Shown here one piece after another: positions 1-9,359 of a stretch of 64,000 bases of DNA (the first letter of the stretch is position 1; every line of letters begins with the position of its first letter). A program made the translations under genes and the position numbers. The notes below the pieces were generated by a model. That model worked only from the letters and a program-made list of their open reading frames with translations, made no database searches and was not told where the DNA came from. This DNA comes from an uncultured Chthoniobacterales bacterium (GTDB lineage: Bacteria > Verrucomicrobiota > Verrucomicrobiia > Chthoniobacterales > CALDSX01), in contig CAZZCL010000001.1 in assembly GCA_964652295.1 (NCBI GenBank), positions 14,759 to 78,758 of the forward strand, in the 5' to 3' direction.

Positions 1-155
1 ATCCCAATGGCGGTGGAAATGGCAAAAGCAAAGGCGGCGGCGGTCGCCAGCATCCCACAAGTCCGTGGGGCCAGTTGGCAAAGGGCTTCAAGACCCGGAA
101 GAAACACAAGTCCAGCAGCAAGTTTATCGTTACCCGCCGCAAACCCCGCAAGTAA
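1..155 (+). CDS. rplB: 50S ribosomal protein L2, C-terminal fragment (gene begins upstream of window)
   Basis: Frame 3 reads ...[48 protein letters not shown], stop TAA 153-155. This matches the conserved L2 C-terminus (HP.SPWG..KG.KTR). It lies 2 nt upstream of rpsS. Confidence 0.9.
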   Translation, partial: PNGGGNGKSKGGGGRQHPTSPWGQLAKGFKTRKKHKSSSKFIVTRRKPRK

Positions 156-157
156 TC

Positions 158-436
158 ATGGCACGCTCCCTGAAAAAAGGTCCTTTTGTTGAACTTCATC
201 TTCTCGAAAAAATCGAAAAGATGAATGATGTCGGCCAGAAAAAGCCGATCAAAACCTGGTCGCGCCGTTCCATGATCACGCCGGATTTTGTTGGGCACAC
301 GTTTCTTGTGCACAACGGCAAAGTCTTTAACTCCGTGTTTGTCACGGAAAACATGGTTGGCCACAAGCTGGGTGAATTTTCTCCGACACGCACTTTCAAG
401 AAGCACGGTGCGCACACTGCCAAGGTCACCAAATAG
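158..436 (+). CDS. rpsS: 30S ribosomal protein S19
   Basis: ATG at 158 inside ORF 65..436. Reads [19 protein letters not shown]...[29 protein letters not shown], the canonical S19 sequence. Confidence 0.96.
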   Translation: MARSLKKGPFVELHLLEKIEKMNDVGQKKPIKTWSRRSMITPDFVGHTFLVHNGKVFNSVFVTENMVGHKLGEFSPTRTFKKHGAHTAKVTK

Positions 437-512
437 TGTGGACACTGCGGCAACGACACACACCCAATATTCTTATCGCGAAACGCCCTGATCCCGAGCC
501 TCCGTTTTTCCA

Positions 513-1535
513 ATGGCACCCGTCTTGAAAATCTTCATCCTCGCCAGCGTAGCGACATTCCAATGGTTTGCCGCGACGTTACCGGCTGCCGGTGCGCCGG
601 CGACGCTGGAGGCGGACGAGACTGGGCAAGGCCGCGCAGAGATCGGTTTTGGCGCAGGGCTTGAAGCGGTTCTGCCCAGTCCCGTCGTGTTGGATTCGAC
701 TCCCAGTATGGAAATCGGGTCAGCATGGCCCGGCGTGGAGCTGTCTCCTGCGCCAATTGCGCGTGCGCCTGGGGTTGCAATCTCTGCAGTGGAAGAGCCG
801 TCGATCGTAGTCGGGCCGACCATTGAGTTTGTCGATCCAGCCGCAGCGGAACGTTTGCTGGTGGAGCGAACATTGGAGCTGGAGATGCCGCGCCCGGACC
901 TCGCGAGCGACCTTGCGCGGGCAAACGAGACGGTCCGTGTGCTTACCGAAAGCCTGGCCATTGCGAACAGTGAAGCGGAGTTGTTCAAGCGGAAGTTCAG
1001 CGAGCTGAAGCTGCGCATGGAAGCGTTGGGATTGGATTCGGCAGATCCGGATCGCGCAGCGCTTGAGCAACGCGTCCTGCATGCGGTAAACGACCTGCGG
1101 CTGGAGCGCGAGCGGTCTGAGAAGTTGCGCGAGCAGTTGATGTTATTGGCGGAAGCCATGTTGCCCTATCTTTCTGCCAGCGAAGTGTCCAATGCTGAAT
1201 TGCGGGCGGCGGTGGAGGCCGAAATGCGGGAGGCCGCACAGCTTGCGTTCCCCGATGCCGAGCCAACCCCTGTCGCTTCGCGCGATCATCTTACGAGCGC
1301 CCGCGTATTGAGCGTGAAAGACGAGTGGTCGCTTGTCGTCGGGAGTTTGGGCGGCAGCCAGGGAGTGCGTATCGGCATGCCCTTTCGCGTGTTGCGCGAC
1401 GGGCAGGAAGTGGCTCATGTCCGGGTCGTCGATGTGCGCGACCGCGTTTTCGGAGCAGTTGTGGAGCCGCCGCAGGACGGGTCAGCAGCTGAGGCAGTCA
1501 TGGTAGGCGACATCCTGCAGGTGGCGATGCAATAA
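513..1535 (+). CDS. Hypothetical exported coiled-coil protein (no family recognised), embedded in the ribosomal operon
   Basis: 340-aa ORF on the same strand, 76 nt after the rpsS stop and 17 nt before the rplV ATG. N-terminal hydrophobic stretch VLKIFILASVATFQWFAATLPAAGA looks like a signal peptide. A central E/R/L-rich heptad-like block follows (ELFKRKFSELKLRMEALG...LRLERERSEKLREQLMLLAE). The C-terminal ~80 aa are beta-rich. Confidence 0.7.
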   Translation: MAPVLKIFILASVATFQWFAATLPAAGAPATLEADETGQGRAEIGFGAGLEAVLPSPVVLDSTPSMEIGSAWPGVELSPAPIARAPGVAISAVEEPSIVVGPTIEFVDPAAAERLLVERTLELEMPRPDLASDLARANETVRVLTESLAIANSEAELFKRKFSELKLRMEALGLDSADPDRAALEQRVLHAVNDLRLERERSEKLREQLMLLAEAMLPYLSASEVSNAELRAAVEAEMREAAQLAFPDAEPTPVASRDHLTSARVLSVKDEWSLVVGSLGGSQGVRIGMPFRVLRDGQEVAHVRVVDVRDRVFGAVVEPPQDGSAAEAVMVGDILQVAMQ

Positions 1536-1552
1536 CAAAAGAGGAAGAGATC

Positions 1553-1999
1553 ATGGAAGTCCGTTCGATAACCAAGTATGCGCGAATCTCGGCGTTTAAA
1601 GCGCGGGAAGTAGCGAGGGAGATTCAAGGTCTGCCTGTGGCGGACGCCTTGGACGTCATCCGATTTACACCAAAGAAAGCCGCTCGCTTAATTGAAAAGA
1701 CGCTCAAGAGCGCGGTGGCGAACGCAGAGCACAACAACGAGCTTGCGCCCGATTCGCTGGTCATCAAGGAAGCGACCATTGGAGAGGGGCCGACCATCAA
1801 ACGGCATCGTGCGCGTGCGCGAGGCAGCGGCAGCGCGATTCGGAAACGCACAAGCCATATCCGTATTGTCTTGAGTGACGATGCGCCCGCCCGGGAGAAA
1901 CCACCACGGGATACCCAACGCCGTCGGCATCGTGCCGAAAACAGGCTGCCCACCGAACCCGTCGGCACGGCGGTGGCACCGGAAGAACCCCTCAACTGA
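1553..1999 (+). CDS. rplV: 50S ribosomal protein L22 with ~35-aa basic/Pro-rich C-terminal extension
   Basis: MEVRSITKYARISAFKAREVAREIQGLPV..AL..L.F.PKKAA..I.K.L.SA.ANAE matches L22. AGAGGAAG Shine-Dalgarno sits upstream. At 148 aa it exceeds the ~110 aa typical of the family. Confidence 0.95.
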   Translation: MEVRSITKYARISAFKAREVAREIQGLPVADALDVIRFTPKKAARLIEKTLKSAVANAEHNNELAPDSLVIKEATIGEGPTIKRHRARARGSGSAIRKRTSHIRIVLSDDAPAREKPPRDTQRRRHRAENRLPTEPVGTAVAPEEPLN

Positions 2000-2008
2000 A
2001 CCGAGATT

Positions 2009-2728
2009 ATGGGACAAAAAGTTAATCCGATCGGATATCGCCTTGTGATGAATCGTGACTGGCGTTCGCGCTGGTATGCTTCAGCCAAGGAATATCCGGA
2101 ATTTTTGAACAACGACATCGTCATTCGCAATTACGTGAAGAAAAAACTGATGTCGGCTGCAGTCGCGAGGATCGTCATCGAACGCGCATGGAACAGTCTG
2201 CGCGTCACGATTCATACGGCGCGCCCGGGTGTCGCCATCGGGCGGCGTGGGCAGGAGATCGAGACATTGACAAACGAGATCAGCCGTTTGTCCGGAGGCA
2301 AACAAGTAAAGATCGATATCCAGGAGATCAAGAAGCCGGAGATCGAAGCGCAGTTGGTTGCCGAAAACGTGGCCCTGCAGCTTGAACGCCGCATTTCCTT
2401 CCGGCGCGCAATGAAGAAGGCCGTTCAGATCACCATGGATATGGGCGCTCTCGGGATTAAGCTCCGCTGCGCGGGGCGACTTGGAGGAGCAGAGATTTCC
2501 CGCGCGGAATGGTATCGTCAGGGCAAGATTCCCCTCCAAACTCTCCGCAACCCCATTGATTACGGATTCGCGGAGGCCAATACGGTTTATGGCAAGATCG
2601 GCGTGAAATGCTGGATCTGCCGGGAGGAAGACACGCTGCCCGAGCCGGCGCAACAGCCTTCCGGCGGTGCAGCCAACGCGCCTGCCCCCGACTCGCCTGC
2701 AACCTTACAACCCGCCGCAGCCGTTTAA
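2009..2728 (+). CDS. rpsC: 30S ribosomal protein S3
   Basis: [12 protein letters not shown]......W.S.WYA...Y..., KH domain, and [29 protein letters not shown] motif. Confidence 0.96.
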   Translation: MGQKVNPIGYRLVMNRDWRSRWYASAKEYPEFLNNDIVIRNYVKKKLMSAAVARIVIERAWNSLRVTIHTARPGVAIGRRGQEIETLTNEISRLSGGKQVKIDIQEIKKPEIEAQLVAENVALQLERRISFRRAMKKAVQITMDMGALGIKLRCAGRLGGAEISRAEWYRQGKIPLQTLRNPIDYGFAEANTVYGKIGVKCWICREEDTLPEPAQQPSGGAANAPAPDSPATLQPAAAV

Positions 2729-2757
2729 GGCGCACTGTTTAAACATAAGAAATTGCC

Positions 2758-3183
2758 ATGCCATTGATGCCCAAACGTGTGAAGTATCGCAAGACCCAGC
2801 GGGGCAGCCGCTCGGGAAATGCGACGCGCAATGTCCGGATCGATTTCGGGGAGTACGGCCTTCAGACCCTGGAGCGCGCGTGGATCACGAACACCCAGAT
2901 TGAAGCCGCCCGCGTGGCCATCAACCGCAACATGAAGCGCAAAGGCAAACTCTGGATCCGTATTTTCCCGGATAAATCTGTAACCTCCCGGCCACCGGAA
3001 ACCCGCATGGGCAAAGGTAAAGGCGCGCCGGAATACTGGGTGGCCGTGGTGCGTCCCGGCAATATTCTCTTCGAGGTGGACGGCGTTTCGGAGACGATTG
3101 CACGCGAATCGTTGCGCCTTGCCGCCAACAAGCTTCCGGTGCGAACCCGCTTTCTGAGCCGGCATCACGCCACTGCCGCCTGA
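2758..3183 (+). CDS. rplP: 50S ribosomal protein L16
   Basis: [15 protein letters not shown]...G.A.....FGEYGLQ......[33 protein letters not shown]. Confidence 0.96.
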   Translation: MPLMPKRVKYRKTQRGSRSGNATRNVRIDFGEYGLQTLERAWITNTQIEAARVAINRNMKRKGKLWIRIFPDKSVTSRPPETRMGKGKGAPEYWVAVVRPGNILFEVDGVSETIARESLRLAANKLPVRTRFLSRHHATAA

Positions 3184-3194
3184 GTCTCGCCATC

Positions 3195-3437
3195 ATGAAA
3201 ATCAAAGAAATCAAAGAATCGACGCCAGCCGAACTGTTGAAACAGCGGCGTGATCTTCGCGAGGAAGCCTTTCAACTTCGTTTGCAGCAAAAATCCGGCC
3301 AACTCGAAAACACCGCGCGCCTTCGCGCCATCCGGCGGGAAGTGGCCCGCATCGAAACGGTGCTTGGCACCAAACGGCGCGCTCGGGCAGAGGATAATGC
3401 CGCTGCCAAATCTGCAGTTGCCGAAGCCACCGCCTAA
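3195..3437 (+). CDS. rpmC: 50S ribosomal protein L29
   Basis: [57 protein letters not shown], in the canonical position between L16 and S17. Confidence 0.93.
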   Translation: MKIKEIKESTPAELLKQRRDLREEAFQLRLQQKSGQLENTARLRAIRREVARIETVLGTKRRARAEDNAAAKSAVAEATA

Positions 3438-3457
3438 TCTGGACCTGCCTAACATTC

Positions 3458-3742
3458 ATGAGCAACGAAACCGTCTCCCAAGCCGCGGAACACCAGCGGC
3501 CAAATCTGCGCAAGTCGCGCGTGGGCATTGTCGTCAGTGACAAAGCCAGCAAAACGATCGTGGTCAGCACAGTCACGCGCGTGCCGCATCCGCGCTTCGG
3601 CAAAATTGTGAAGATCAGCCGCAAATTTCATGTGCACGACGAAAACAACGAAGCGAAGCTCGGCGATAAAGTGCGCATTGTCGAGACGCGGCCCTTGAGC
3701 CGACTTAAACGGTGGCGCCTGGTGGAGGTGTTATCGCACTGA
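3458..3742 (+). CDS. rpsQ: 30S ribosomal protein S17
   Basis: [13 protein letters not shown]......[43 protein letters not shown]. Confidence 0.95.
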   Translation: MSNETVSQAAEHQRPNLRKSRVGIVVSDKASKTIVVSTVTRVPHPRFGKIVKISRKFHVHDENNEAKLGDKVRIVETRPLSRLKRWRLVEVLSH

Positions 3743-3797
3743 GGGAGTCCTGCGGCGTGTTGGGCTGCCTCTTTTTACCCCCACGCACAATTTCGTT

Positions 3798-4163
3798 ATG
3801 ATCCAGATTCGTTCCAGATTGAATGTAGCCGACAACACCGGCGCCCGCATGGCGACGATGATTGGTGTTATTGGCAAAAAAACGCTGCAGGCCCGTGTTG
3901 GTGACGTCATTACCGCCAACGTGAAGGAGGCGTCCCCCAATGGCGCCGTAAAAAAGGGCGATGTGGTTCGGGCCGTGGTTGTGCGCACGCGTCAGCCCAT
4001 CCGGCGTGCCGACGGTTCCTGCCTGCGTTTCGATAACAATGCCATCGTGATCATCGACAAGGATTTGAACCCCCGCGGCACCCGCATTTTTGGACCGGTC
4101 GCCCGCGAGTTGCGCGAGCGCAACTTCATGAAAATTGTGTCTCTCGCCCCCGAAGTCTTATGA
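3798..4163 (+). CDS. rplN: 50S ribosomal protein L14
   Basis: [17 protein letters not shown]........G.......VGDVI.A.VKEA.P.G.VKKGDVV.AVVVRT...IRR.DGS..RFD.NA.V. Confidence 0.96.
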   Translation: MIQIRSRLNVADNTGARMATMIGVIGKKTLQARVGDVITANVKEASPNGAVKKGDVVRAVVVRTRQPIRRADGSCLRFDNNAIVIIDKDLNPRGTRIFGPVARELRERNFMKIVSLAPEVL

Positions 4164-4471
4164 GCAGGAGCAATTATCACGTTTCCAAAGGCGACATCGT
4201 CGAGGTGATTTCCGGGAATCACCGGGGTTCGCAGGGTAAAGTGCTGCAGGTCATCGCGCGCAAGGATCAGGTGCTGATCGAAGGCGTGCGTCTGGTCAAG
4301 AAGCACCTGCGCAAGTCGCAGGACAATCCCAACGGAGCCATCGCCGAGCGCGAGGGACCCATTCACGTGTCAAATGTGCGGCTGGTCGAGCGCGGCGAGA
4401 AAGTGCAGGACGAAGGGCCTGCGAAAGGTGGCAAGCACACGAAGAAAGACAGGGAGGACGCAGCGGGTTAA
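4160..4471 (+). CDS. rplX: 50S ribosomal protein L24
   Basis: ATGA overlap with the rplN stop. KOW motif [24 protein letters not shown], then EGV.LVKKH....Q.NP.G.I.E.E.PIH.SNV. Confidence 0.94.
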   Translation: MSRSNYHVSKGDIVEVISGNHRGSQGKVLQVIARKDQVLIEGVRLVKKHLRKSQDNPNGAIAEREGPIHVSNVRLVERGEKVQDEGPAKGGKHTKKDREDAAG

Positions 4472-4511
4472 CGGCCCCCGCCCCTATCGCATCCAACCCG
4501 CGCATCAGGTT

Positions 4512-5117
4512 ATGAAAACGGAATTGTACAATTTTTACAAGCAGCAGGTTGTGCCCACCCTGAAGGAGAGGCATGCCCTCAGGAACATTCATCAGGTGCC
4601 AAAGGTCGAGAAGGTCGTGGTGAACGTATGCGTCGCCTCTGCGCAGGACGTGAAAGCTGCCTTGGACGACGCAAGGGAAGAACTCGGGCGGATTACCGGA
4701 CAGCGACCTGCCGAAACGCAGGCCAAGAAGAGCGTCTCCAATTTCAAGCTTCGCAAGGGACAGCCCATCGGGGCAAAAGTAACCCTGCGTGGCGAACGCA
4801 TGTACGAATTTCTCGAGCGCCTCATTAAGACCGCGTTGCCTCGCATCCGCGATTTTCGTGGCGTTTCACCCAAGGCATTCGATGGCCGCGGGAATTACAC
4901 GCTTGGAGTCAACGACCAATCCATTTTTCCCGAAATCGAACTCGACAAAATCAAACGCAACATTGGGTTCGACGTTACCATTGTCACCTCCTGCCACTCG
5001 GATGCGGAGGCGAAATCCCTGCTGACGGAACTCGGGATGCCGTTCAGCGACAAAAAGAAACCCGAACCCGCACCTGCACCTGCTGAAAGCATCGCAGAAG
5101 GAGAAGCCAATTCATGA
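4512..5117 (+). CDS. rplE: 50S ribosomal protein L5
   Basis: Internal ATG 4512 of ORF 4374..5117 gives MKTELYNFYKQQVVPTLKE...NIHQVPKVEKVVVN....A....KAL..A..EL..ITGQ.P, typical L5. The upstream ORF extension overlaps rplX and is rejected. Confidence 0.93.
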   Translation: MKTELYNFYKQQVVPTLKERHALRNIHQVPKVEKVVVNVCVASAQDVKAALDDAREELGRITGQRPAETQAKKSVSNFKLRKGQPIGAKVTLRGERMYEFLERLIKTALPRIRDFRGVSPKAFDGRGNYTLGVNDQSIFPEIELDKIKRNIGFDVTIVTSCHSDAEAKSLLTELGMPFSDKKKPEPAPAPAESIAEGEANS

Positions 5118-5512
5118 GTGTTGTTACCGATCCCATCGCCGATTTTCTGACCCGCCTGCGCAATGGCGTACGGGCGCGCAAGCCGGACATCTATGTGCCG
5201 TACTCGAGGATGAAGCGTGAAATTGCGGCCATCCTCGAGCGCGAAGGTTACATTGCATCGTTTGAGCTCGATTCCACCGGGCAACACCCGCGCCTGCGCA
5301 TTGTGAACAAGTTTGTCGACCGGCTACCCGCCATTACTGGCATAAAACGCGTCAGCCGGCCTGGTCTGCGGAAGTATGTTGGCTACGAGGACGTGCCGCG
5401 GGTTCTCGGCGGCATGGGCATTGCCATCCTTTCTACCTCACGCGGGATCCTGACGGGGCAAGAGGCGCGTTACCGCAAAGTTGGCGGTGAAATTCTTGCG
5501 TTTGTGTGGTAA
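5114..5512 (+). CDS. rpsH: 30S ribosomal protein S8
   Basis: MSVVTDPIADFLTRLRNG......D..VPYS..K..IA.IL.REGYI..F, ending ...GGE.L.FVW. The ATG overlaps the rplE stop (ATGA). Confidence 0.96.
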   Translation: MSVVTDPIADFLTRLRNGVRARKPDIYVPYSRMKREIAAILEREGYIASFELDSTGQHPRLRIVNKFVDRLPAITGIKRVSRPGLRKYVGYEDVPRVLGGMGIAILSTSRGILTGQEARYRKVGGEILAFVW

Positions 5513-5559
5513 TAAGACCGTTCTGCCAAAGCATCTGTTATACAAACCAGCTTTTTAAT

Positions 5560-6099
5560 ATGTCACGCATCGGTCGAACTCCCATCCAATTGCCGGACAA
5601 AGTCAAAGTTACCTTTGACGATGGTGGCGCTGTGCAGGTCGAAGGGCCAAAAGGCAAGCTTGCCTGGCAATTGCCGGGCGGTGTGAGTGCCGAAATCAAG
5701 GAGAATACTGTTTCACTTGCCCGGCAGGGCGACTCCCGCCAGATCCGGGCTAAGCACGGACTTAGTCGCGCGCTTCTTGCCAACATGATCGCCGGCGTAA
5801 GCGAAGGCTTCAAAAAGAACCTCGAAATTCAGGGCGTCGGCTTTCGCGCTGCCGTGCAGGGAAATGTCCTCAATCTCAGCCTGGGAAAATCGCATCCGAT
5901 CAATTTTCCGATTCCCGACGGCATCAGGATTGCCGTGACCGACAACACCAAAATCTCTGTGGAGGGCATTGACCGCCAGGTAGTGGGGCAGGTCGCCGCC
6001 GACATCCGCAGCTATTACCCACCGGAACCTTATAAAGGCAAGGGGGTCCGGTACGAAGGGGAGCAGGTCCGCCGCAAGGAGGGCAAGAAACAGGCCTGA
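5560..6099 (+). CDS. rplF: 50S ribosomal protein L6
   Basis: ATG 5560 inside ORF 5506..6099 gives MSRIGRTPIQLPDKVKV......V.VEGPKGKL, with C-terminal YYPPEPYKGKGVRYEGE.VRRKEGKK. Confidence 0.95.
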   Translation: MSRIGRTPIQLPDKVKVTFDDGGAVQVEGPKGKLAWQLPGGVSAEIKENTVSLARQGDSRQIRAKHGLSRALLANMIAGVSEGFKKNLEIQGVGFRAAVQGNVLNLSLGKSHPINFPIPDGIRIAVTDNTKISVEGIDRQVVGQVAADIRSYYPPEPYKGKGVRYEGEQVRRKEGKKQA

Positions 6100-6191
6100 G
6101 GCGTCTTTGCCAACCCTCCCAAAACATTCACCGTTCTCTTCTCATTTCCGTCATTTCCTACCGAGTAAACTCTCAAACAACGAATTTTCCT

Positions 6192-6554
6192 ATGTCTGTT
6201 TATGTTCGCAAAGCAGTCCGTCGCCGGATTCACAACCGCATCCGCAAGAAACTGAGCGGCACTGCGGCGCGCCCCCGGTTGAGCGTACATTTTTCAGGGC
6301 GCCACATCTATGCGCAGGTCATCGACGATGAGGCTGGGGTGACGTTGGTGTCCGCCTGCACACGCGAGCCGGGTCTGCGCAAGAATCCGGCTCATGCAAG
6401 CGCCGATGTGGCCGCCGAAATCGGGCGCACGCTGGCGCAACGGGGTCGCGAAAAGAATATCGAAAAGATCGTTTTTGACCGCGGCGGATTCCATTTTCAT
6501 GGCAAGGTGAAAGCTCTTGCCGATGCTGCGCGTGAGGGCGGTTTTCAGTTTTGA
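6192..6554 (+). CDS. rplR: 50S ribosomal protein L18
   Basis: RRRIHNRIRKKLSGTAARPRLSV..S.RHIYAQVIDD..G.TL.SA.T, ending ...VFDRGGF.FHG.VKALADAAREGG..F. Confidence 0.95.
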   Translation: MSVYVRKAVRRRIHNRIRKKLSGTAARPRLSVHFSGRHIYAQVIDDEAGVTLVSACTREPGLRKNPAHASADVAAEIGRTLAQRGREKNIEKIVFDRGGFHFHGKVKALADAAREGGFQF

Positions 6555-6594
6555 CCGAAAAAAGCGTCTCTTTTAACCTTCTTATTTTCATCAT

Positions 6595-7173
6595 ATGGCA
6601 TTCGACGACAGACGATCTTCATCCCACCGCGGTCATGCATCAGATTCCGCTTCCGATTCCGGCGCACCGGAGATTGTGGAAAAGGTGGTGTTCATCAACC
6701 GCTGCGCAAAGGTCGTCAAGGGCGGGCGACGCTTTAGCTTTAGCGCTCTGGTAGTGAGCGGCGATCTTTCGGGAAAGGTGGGCTATGGCTTCGGCAAGGC
6801 CAATGAAGTCTCCGAAGCCATTCGTAAAGCTACCGACTCTGCGCGCAAGGCCATGAAGAAAATCGAGACGGAAGGTTCCACCATTCCGCATGAGGTCATT
6901 GGTGAACACGGCGGCGGGCGAGTGCTCCTCAAGCCGGCATCGCCTGGCACAGGCGTTATCGCGGGCGGTGGTGTGCGTGCGGTGCTTGAGGCGGCCGGTG
7001 TGCGCGATGTGCTGGCAAAGTCGCTGGGGTCGGGCAACCACGCCAATGTGGTTAAAGCCACCATGACGGCGCTGGAAAGCTTGCGGAGCCGCGAATTTAT
7101 TTACAAAGTGCGAGGTTTAAAAGAGCCTGCGGCGCGTCGACGCGGCCCTGTGGAGGAGCCTGCGGCCGCCTGA
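6595..7173 (+). CDS. rpsE: 30S ribosomal protein S5 (with Ser/Asp-rich N-terminal extension)
   Basis: [39 protein letters not shown], then ...[30 protein letters not shown]. Confidence 0.95.
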   Translation: MAFDDRRSSSHRGHASDSASDSGAPEIVEKVVFINRCAKVVKGGRRFSFSALVVSGDLSGKVGYGFGKANEVSEAIRKATDSARKAMKKIETEGSTIPHEVIGEHGGGRVLLKPASPGTGVIAGGGVRAVLEAAGVRDVLAKSLGSGNHANVVKATMTALESLRSREFIYKVRGLKEPAARRRGPVEEPAAA

Positions 7174-7285
7174 TGCTTTCGGGTTTCTGTCCTGCAGGCT
7201 GCACGGCAGACCTCCAGAAAGGGAGGCAGGTGCAACCCGCTGGTTTTGTTACATTATTTCGAGGCTATTAAGAATTTTTGGATTT

Positions 7286-7783
7286 ATGAGATTGCACACA
7301 TTGAAACCCAACCCCGGTGCTAAACACCGCCGCAAGCGTCTTGGTTGTGGCGAAAGTTCAGGGCACGGCAAAACGAGCGGGAAGGGGCATAAAGGTCAGA
7401 AAGCCCGTTCGGGCGGGACGATCCGTCCCGGTTTTGAAGGCGGGCAGATGCCATTAATCCGACGTCTGCCCAAGCGCGGATTCAGCAATGCAGCCTTCCG
7501 GAAGAAGATTGCAGAGGTGAATCTTGACAACCTCAGGGTGTTCGGAGAAGGCGAAACGGTGAACGAATCCACGTTGCGCGAAAAGCGGGTGATTAAAGGG
7601 CGTTACGATCTCATCAAGATTCTGGCGCGCGGTGAGGCGGCAAAGGGATTGGCTGTGGAAGTCGATCTCATCAGTGATGCAGCCCGCGAGAAGATTGAAA
7701 AGGCGGGGGGCACGGTAACGCTCCGCACGGCTGCTTCGGTGGCCAGCGGAGACGACAAAGGCGCGACGGACACCGCTGCATAA
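7286..7783 (+). CDS. rplO: 50S ribosomal protein L15
   Basis: MRLHTLKPNPGAKHRRKR.G.G.SSGHGKTSG.GHKGQKARSGG..R.GFEGGQMPL.RRLPKRGF. Confidence 0.95.
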   Translation: MRLHTLKPNPGAKHRRKRLGCGESSGHGKTSGKGHKGQKARSGGTIRPGFEGGQMPLIRRLPKRGFSNAAFRKKIAEVNLDNLRVFGEGETVNESTLREKRVIKGRYDLIKILARGEAAKGLAVEVDLISDAAREKIEKAGGTVTLRTAASVASGDDKGATDTAA

Positions 7784-7843
7784 ATTGCGGATCCTGCTCC
7801 GTGCTCCGGCGCTGACAAGCCGGCTGCCGAGAGCACCGAGGCC

Positions 7844-9343
7844 ATGCTCAACGCGTTCGCCAACATCTTCAAGATCCCGGAGCTGCGGCAGCGGGTGTTG
7901 TTCACCCTGGCCATGGTTATTGTTGCCCGTGTCGGTGCGGTGATTCCCATTCCTGGTGTCAACTCCGGCGTTTTGAGCACATGGCTTGCTGACCGTTCGC
8001 AAACCGACACAGGGCCCTCAGCCCTGCAATTGCTCAACCTCTTCAGCGGCGGTTCGCTTGAGCAATGCGCCATCTTCTCCCTCGGCATCATGCCGTACAT
8101 CAGCGCGTCCATCATTATTCAGATGATGACGGCGGTGATCCCGCGGCTGAGCAAGCTTTCGAAAGAAGACGGTGGTCGCCAGAAGATCATGCAGTACACC
8201 CGGTATGTCACATTGGGCTTGTGCATCCTGCAGGGCTACTTTTTCGCGTTCACACTTCAACATCCGGAGCAGAACCAGTTTCTGCCTGGCATCGCCGACA
8301 CGATCCAGCGTCTGGGTGTGGATCTCGTACCCGATCGTGGGCTCGGCTTTGTCATTGTCTGTGTGCTGTGCGTTACCGCTGGCTCCATGACGTTGATGTG
8401 GATTGGCGACCAGATTACCGAGCGCGGCATCGGCAATGGTGCATCGCTGATTATCACGATCGGCATATCGGCCGCCCTGCCGGGCGCGCTTTATCAGGCT
8501 TGGGTCACGTTCATGGGCACGGGAGGAGAGGAAAGCCGCCTTAGCCCCGTGGTGCTTGTTCTTATGATCGGCGCGCTATTCTTCGTGATTGCCGCCGTTA
8601 TTTCCGTAACGCAGGCACAGCGCAAAATCACAGTGCAGTACGCGAAGCGTGTGGTGGGCCGTAAAGTTTACGGTGGCCAGACGCAATATCTGCCGCTCAA
8701 AGTCAACTATGCGGGCGTGATGCCAATCATTTTCGCCCAGGCCATTCTGATTTTTCCCGCAACCATCGCGAAATTCGTTTTTCCCCAGTCTAAAGAAGCC
8801 GCGCAGTTTGCGGACTTTCTGACTCACGGCTGGTTTCATTACGTGTTCATCGCGATGATGATCTTCTTCTTCAGCTATTTCTGGGTGGCGCTGCAGTTTC
8901 AACCCGGTCAAATCGCTGATGATTTGAAGAAATACGGGGGATACATTCCCGGTCAGCGCCCTGGAAAACCGACTGCCGATTTCCTCGATTACACCATGTC
9001 GCGTCTGACGTTCGCCGGGGCGACCTTTCTTGCGCTCATCGCCGTCATGCCACAGTGGCTTCAGGTGCAGATGAACGTTCCGTATCTCACCGCCTCCTTT
9101 TTTGGCGGCACGAGCCTCCTGATTATCGTTGGCGTTGTGCTCGATACCATGCGGCAGATTGAAACGCATTTGATTCAGCGGCACTACGATGGATTTTTGC
9201 GCAAGGGCAAGATCCGGGGTCGATTTGAACGCGCGAGCGGCCAGACGGGTGCGCCTGTGTCGACGGGTGTCCTGATTTTTTTGTATGCCGTGCTGGGTAT
9301 CCTGATCATCGCCGGCGCAACCATCCTGCTGGGGCCGCGCTAA
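7844..9343 (+). CDS. secY: Preprotein translocase subunit SecY
   Basis: 499 aa, ten hydrophobic segments. Reads ELRQRVLFTLAMVIVARVGAVIPIPGVN...LFSGGSLEQCAIFSLGIMPYISASIIIQ, and lies in the canonical position after rplO. Confidence 0.95.
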   Translation: MLNAFANIFKIPELRQRVLFTLAMVIVARVGAVIPIPGVNSGVLSTWLADRSQTDTGPSALQLLNLFSGGSLEQCAIFSLGIMPYISASIIIQMMTAVIPRLSKLSKEDGGRQKIMQYTRYVTLGLCILQGYFFAFTLQHPEQNQFLPGIADTIQRLGVDLVPDRGLGFVIVCVLCVTAGSMTLMWIGDQITERGIGNGASLIITIGISAALPGALYQAWVTFMGTGGEESRLSPVVLVLMIGALFFVIAAVISVTQAQRKITVQYAKRVVGRKVYGGQTQYLPLKVNYAGVMPIIFAQAILIFPATIAKFVFPQSKEAAQFADFLTHGWFHYVFIAMMIFFFSYFWVALQFQPGQIADDLKKYGGYIPGQRPGKPTADFLDYTMSRLTFAGATFLALIAVMPQWLQVQMNVPYLTASFFGGTSLLIIVGVVLDTMRQIETHLIQRHYDGFLRKGKIRGRFERASGQTGAPVSTGVLIFLYAVLGILIIAGATILLGPR

Positions 9344-9359
9344 CGGGGAGCGGCGAGGC

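Noticed and set aside
4374-4511. N-terminal extensions offered by the ORF track (e.g. rplE from 4374, rplF from 5506, rpsS from 65, dapL from 29746, cysE from 31158, tsf from 54714, dnaK from 36532, groES ORF to 35049)
   Set aside because: The extensions overlap upstream genes or have junk composition. Internal ATGs reproduce the canonical family N-termini, so the shorter coordinates were used.
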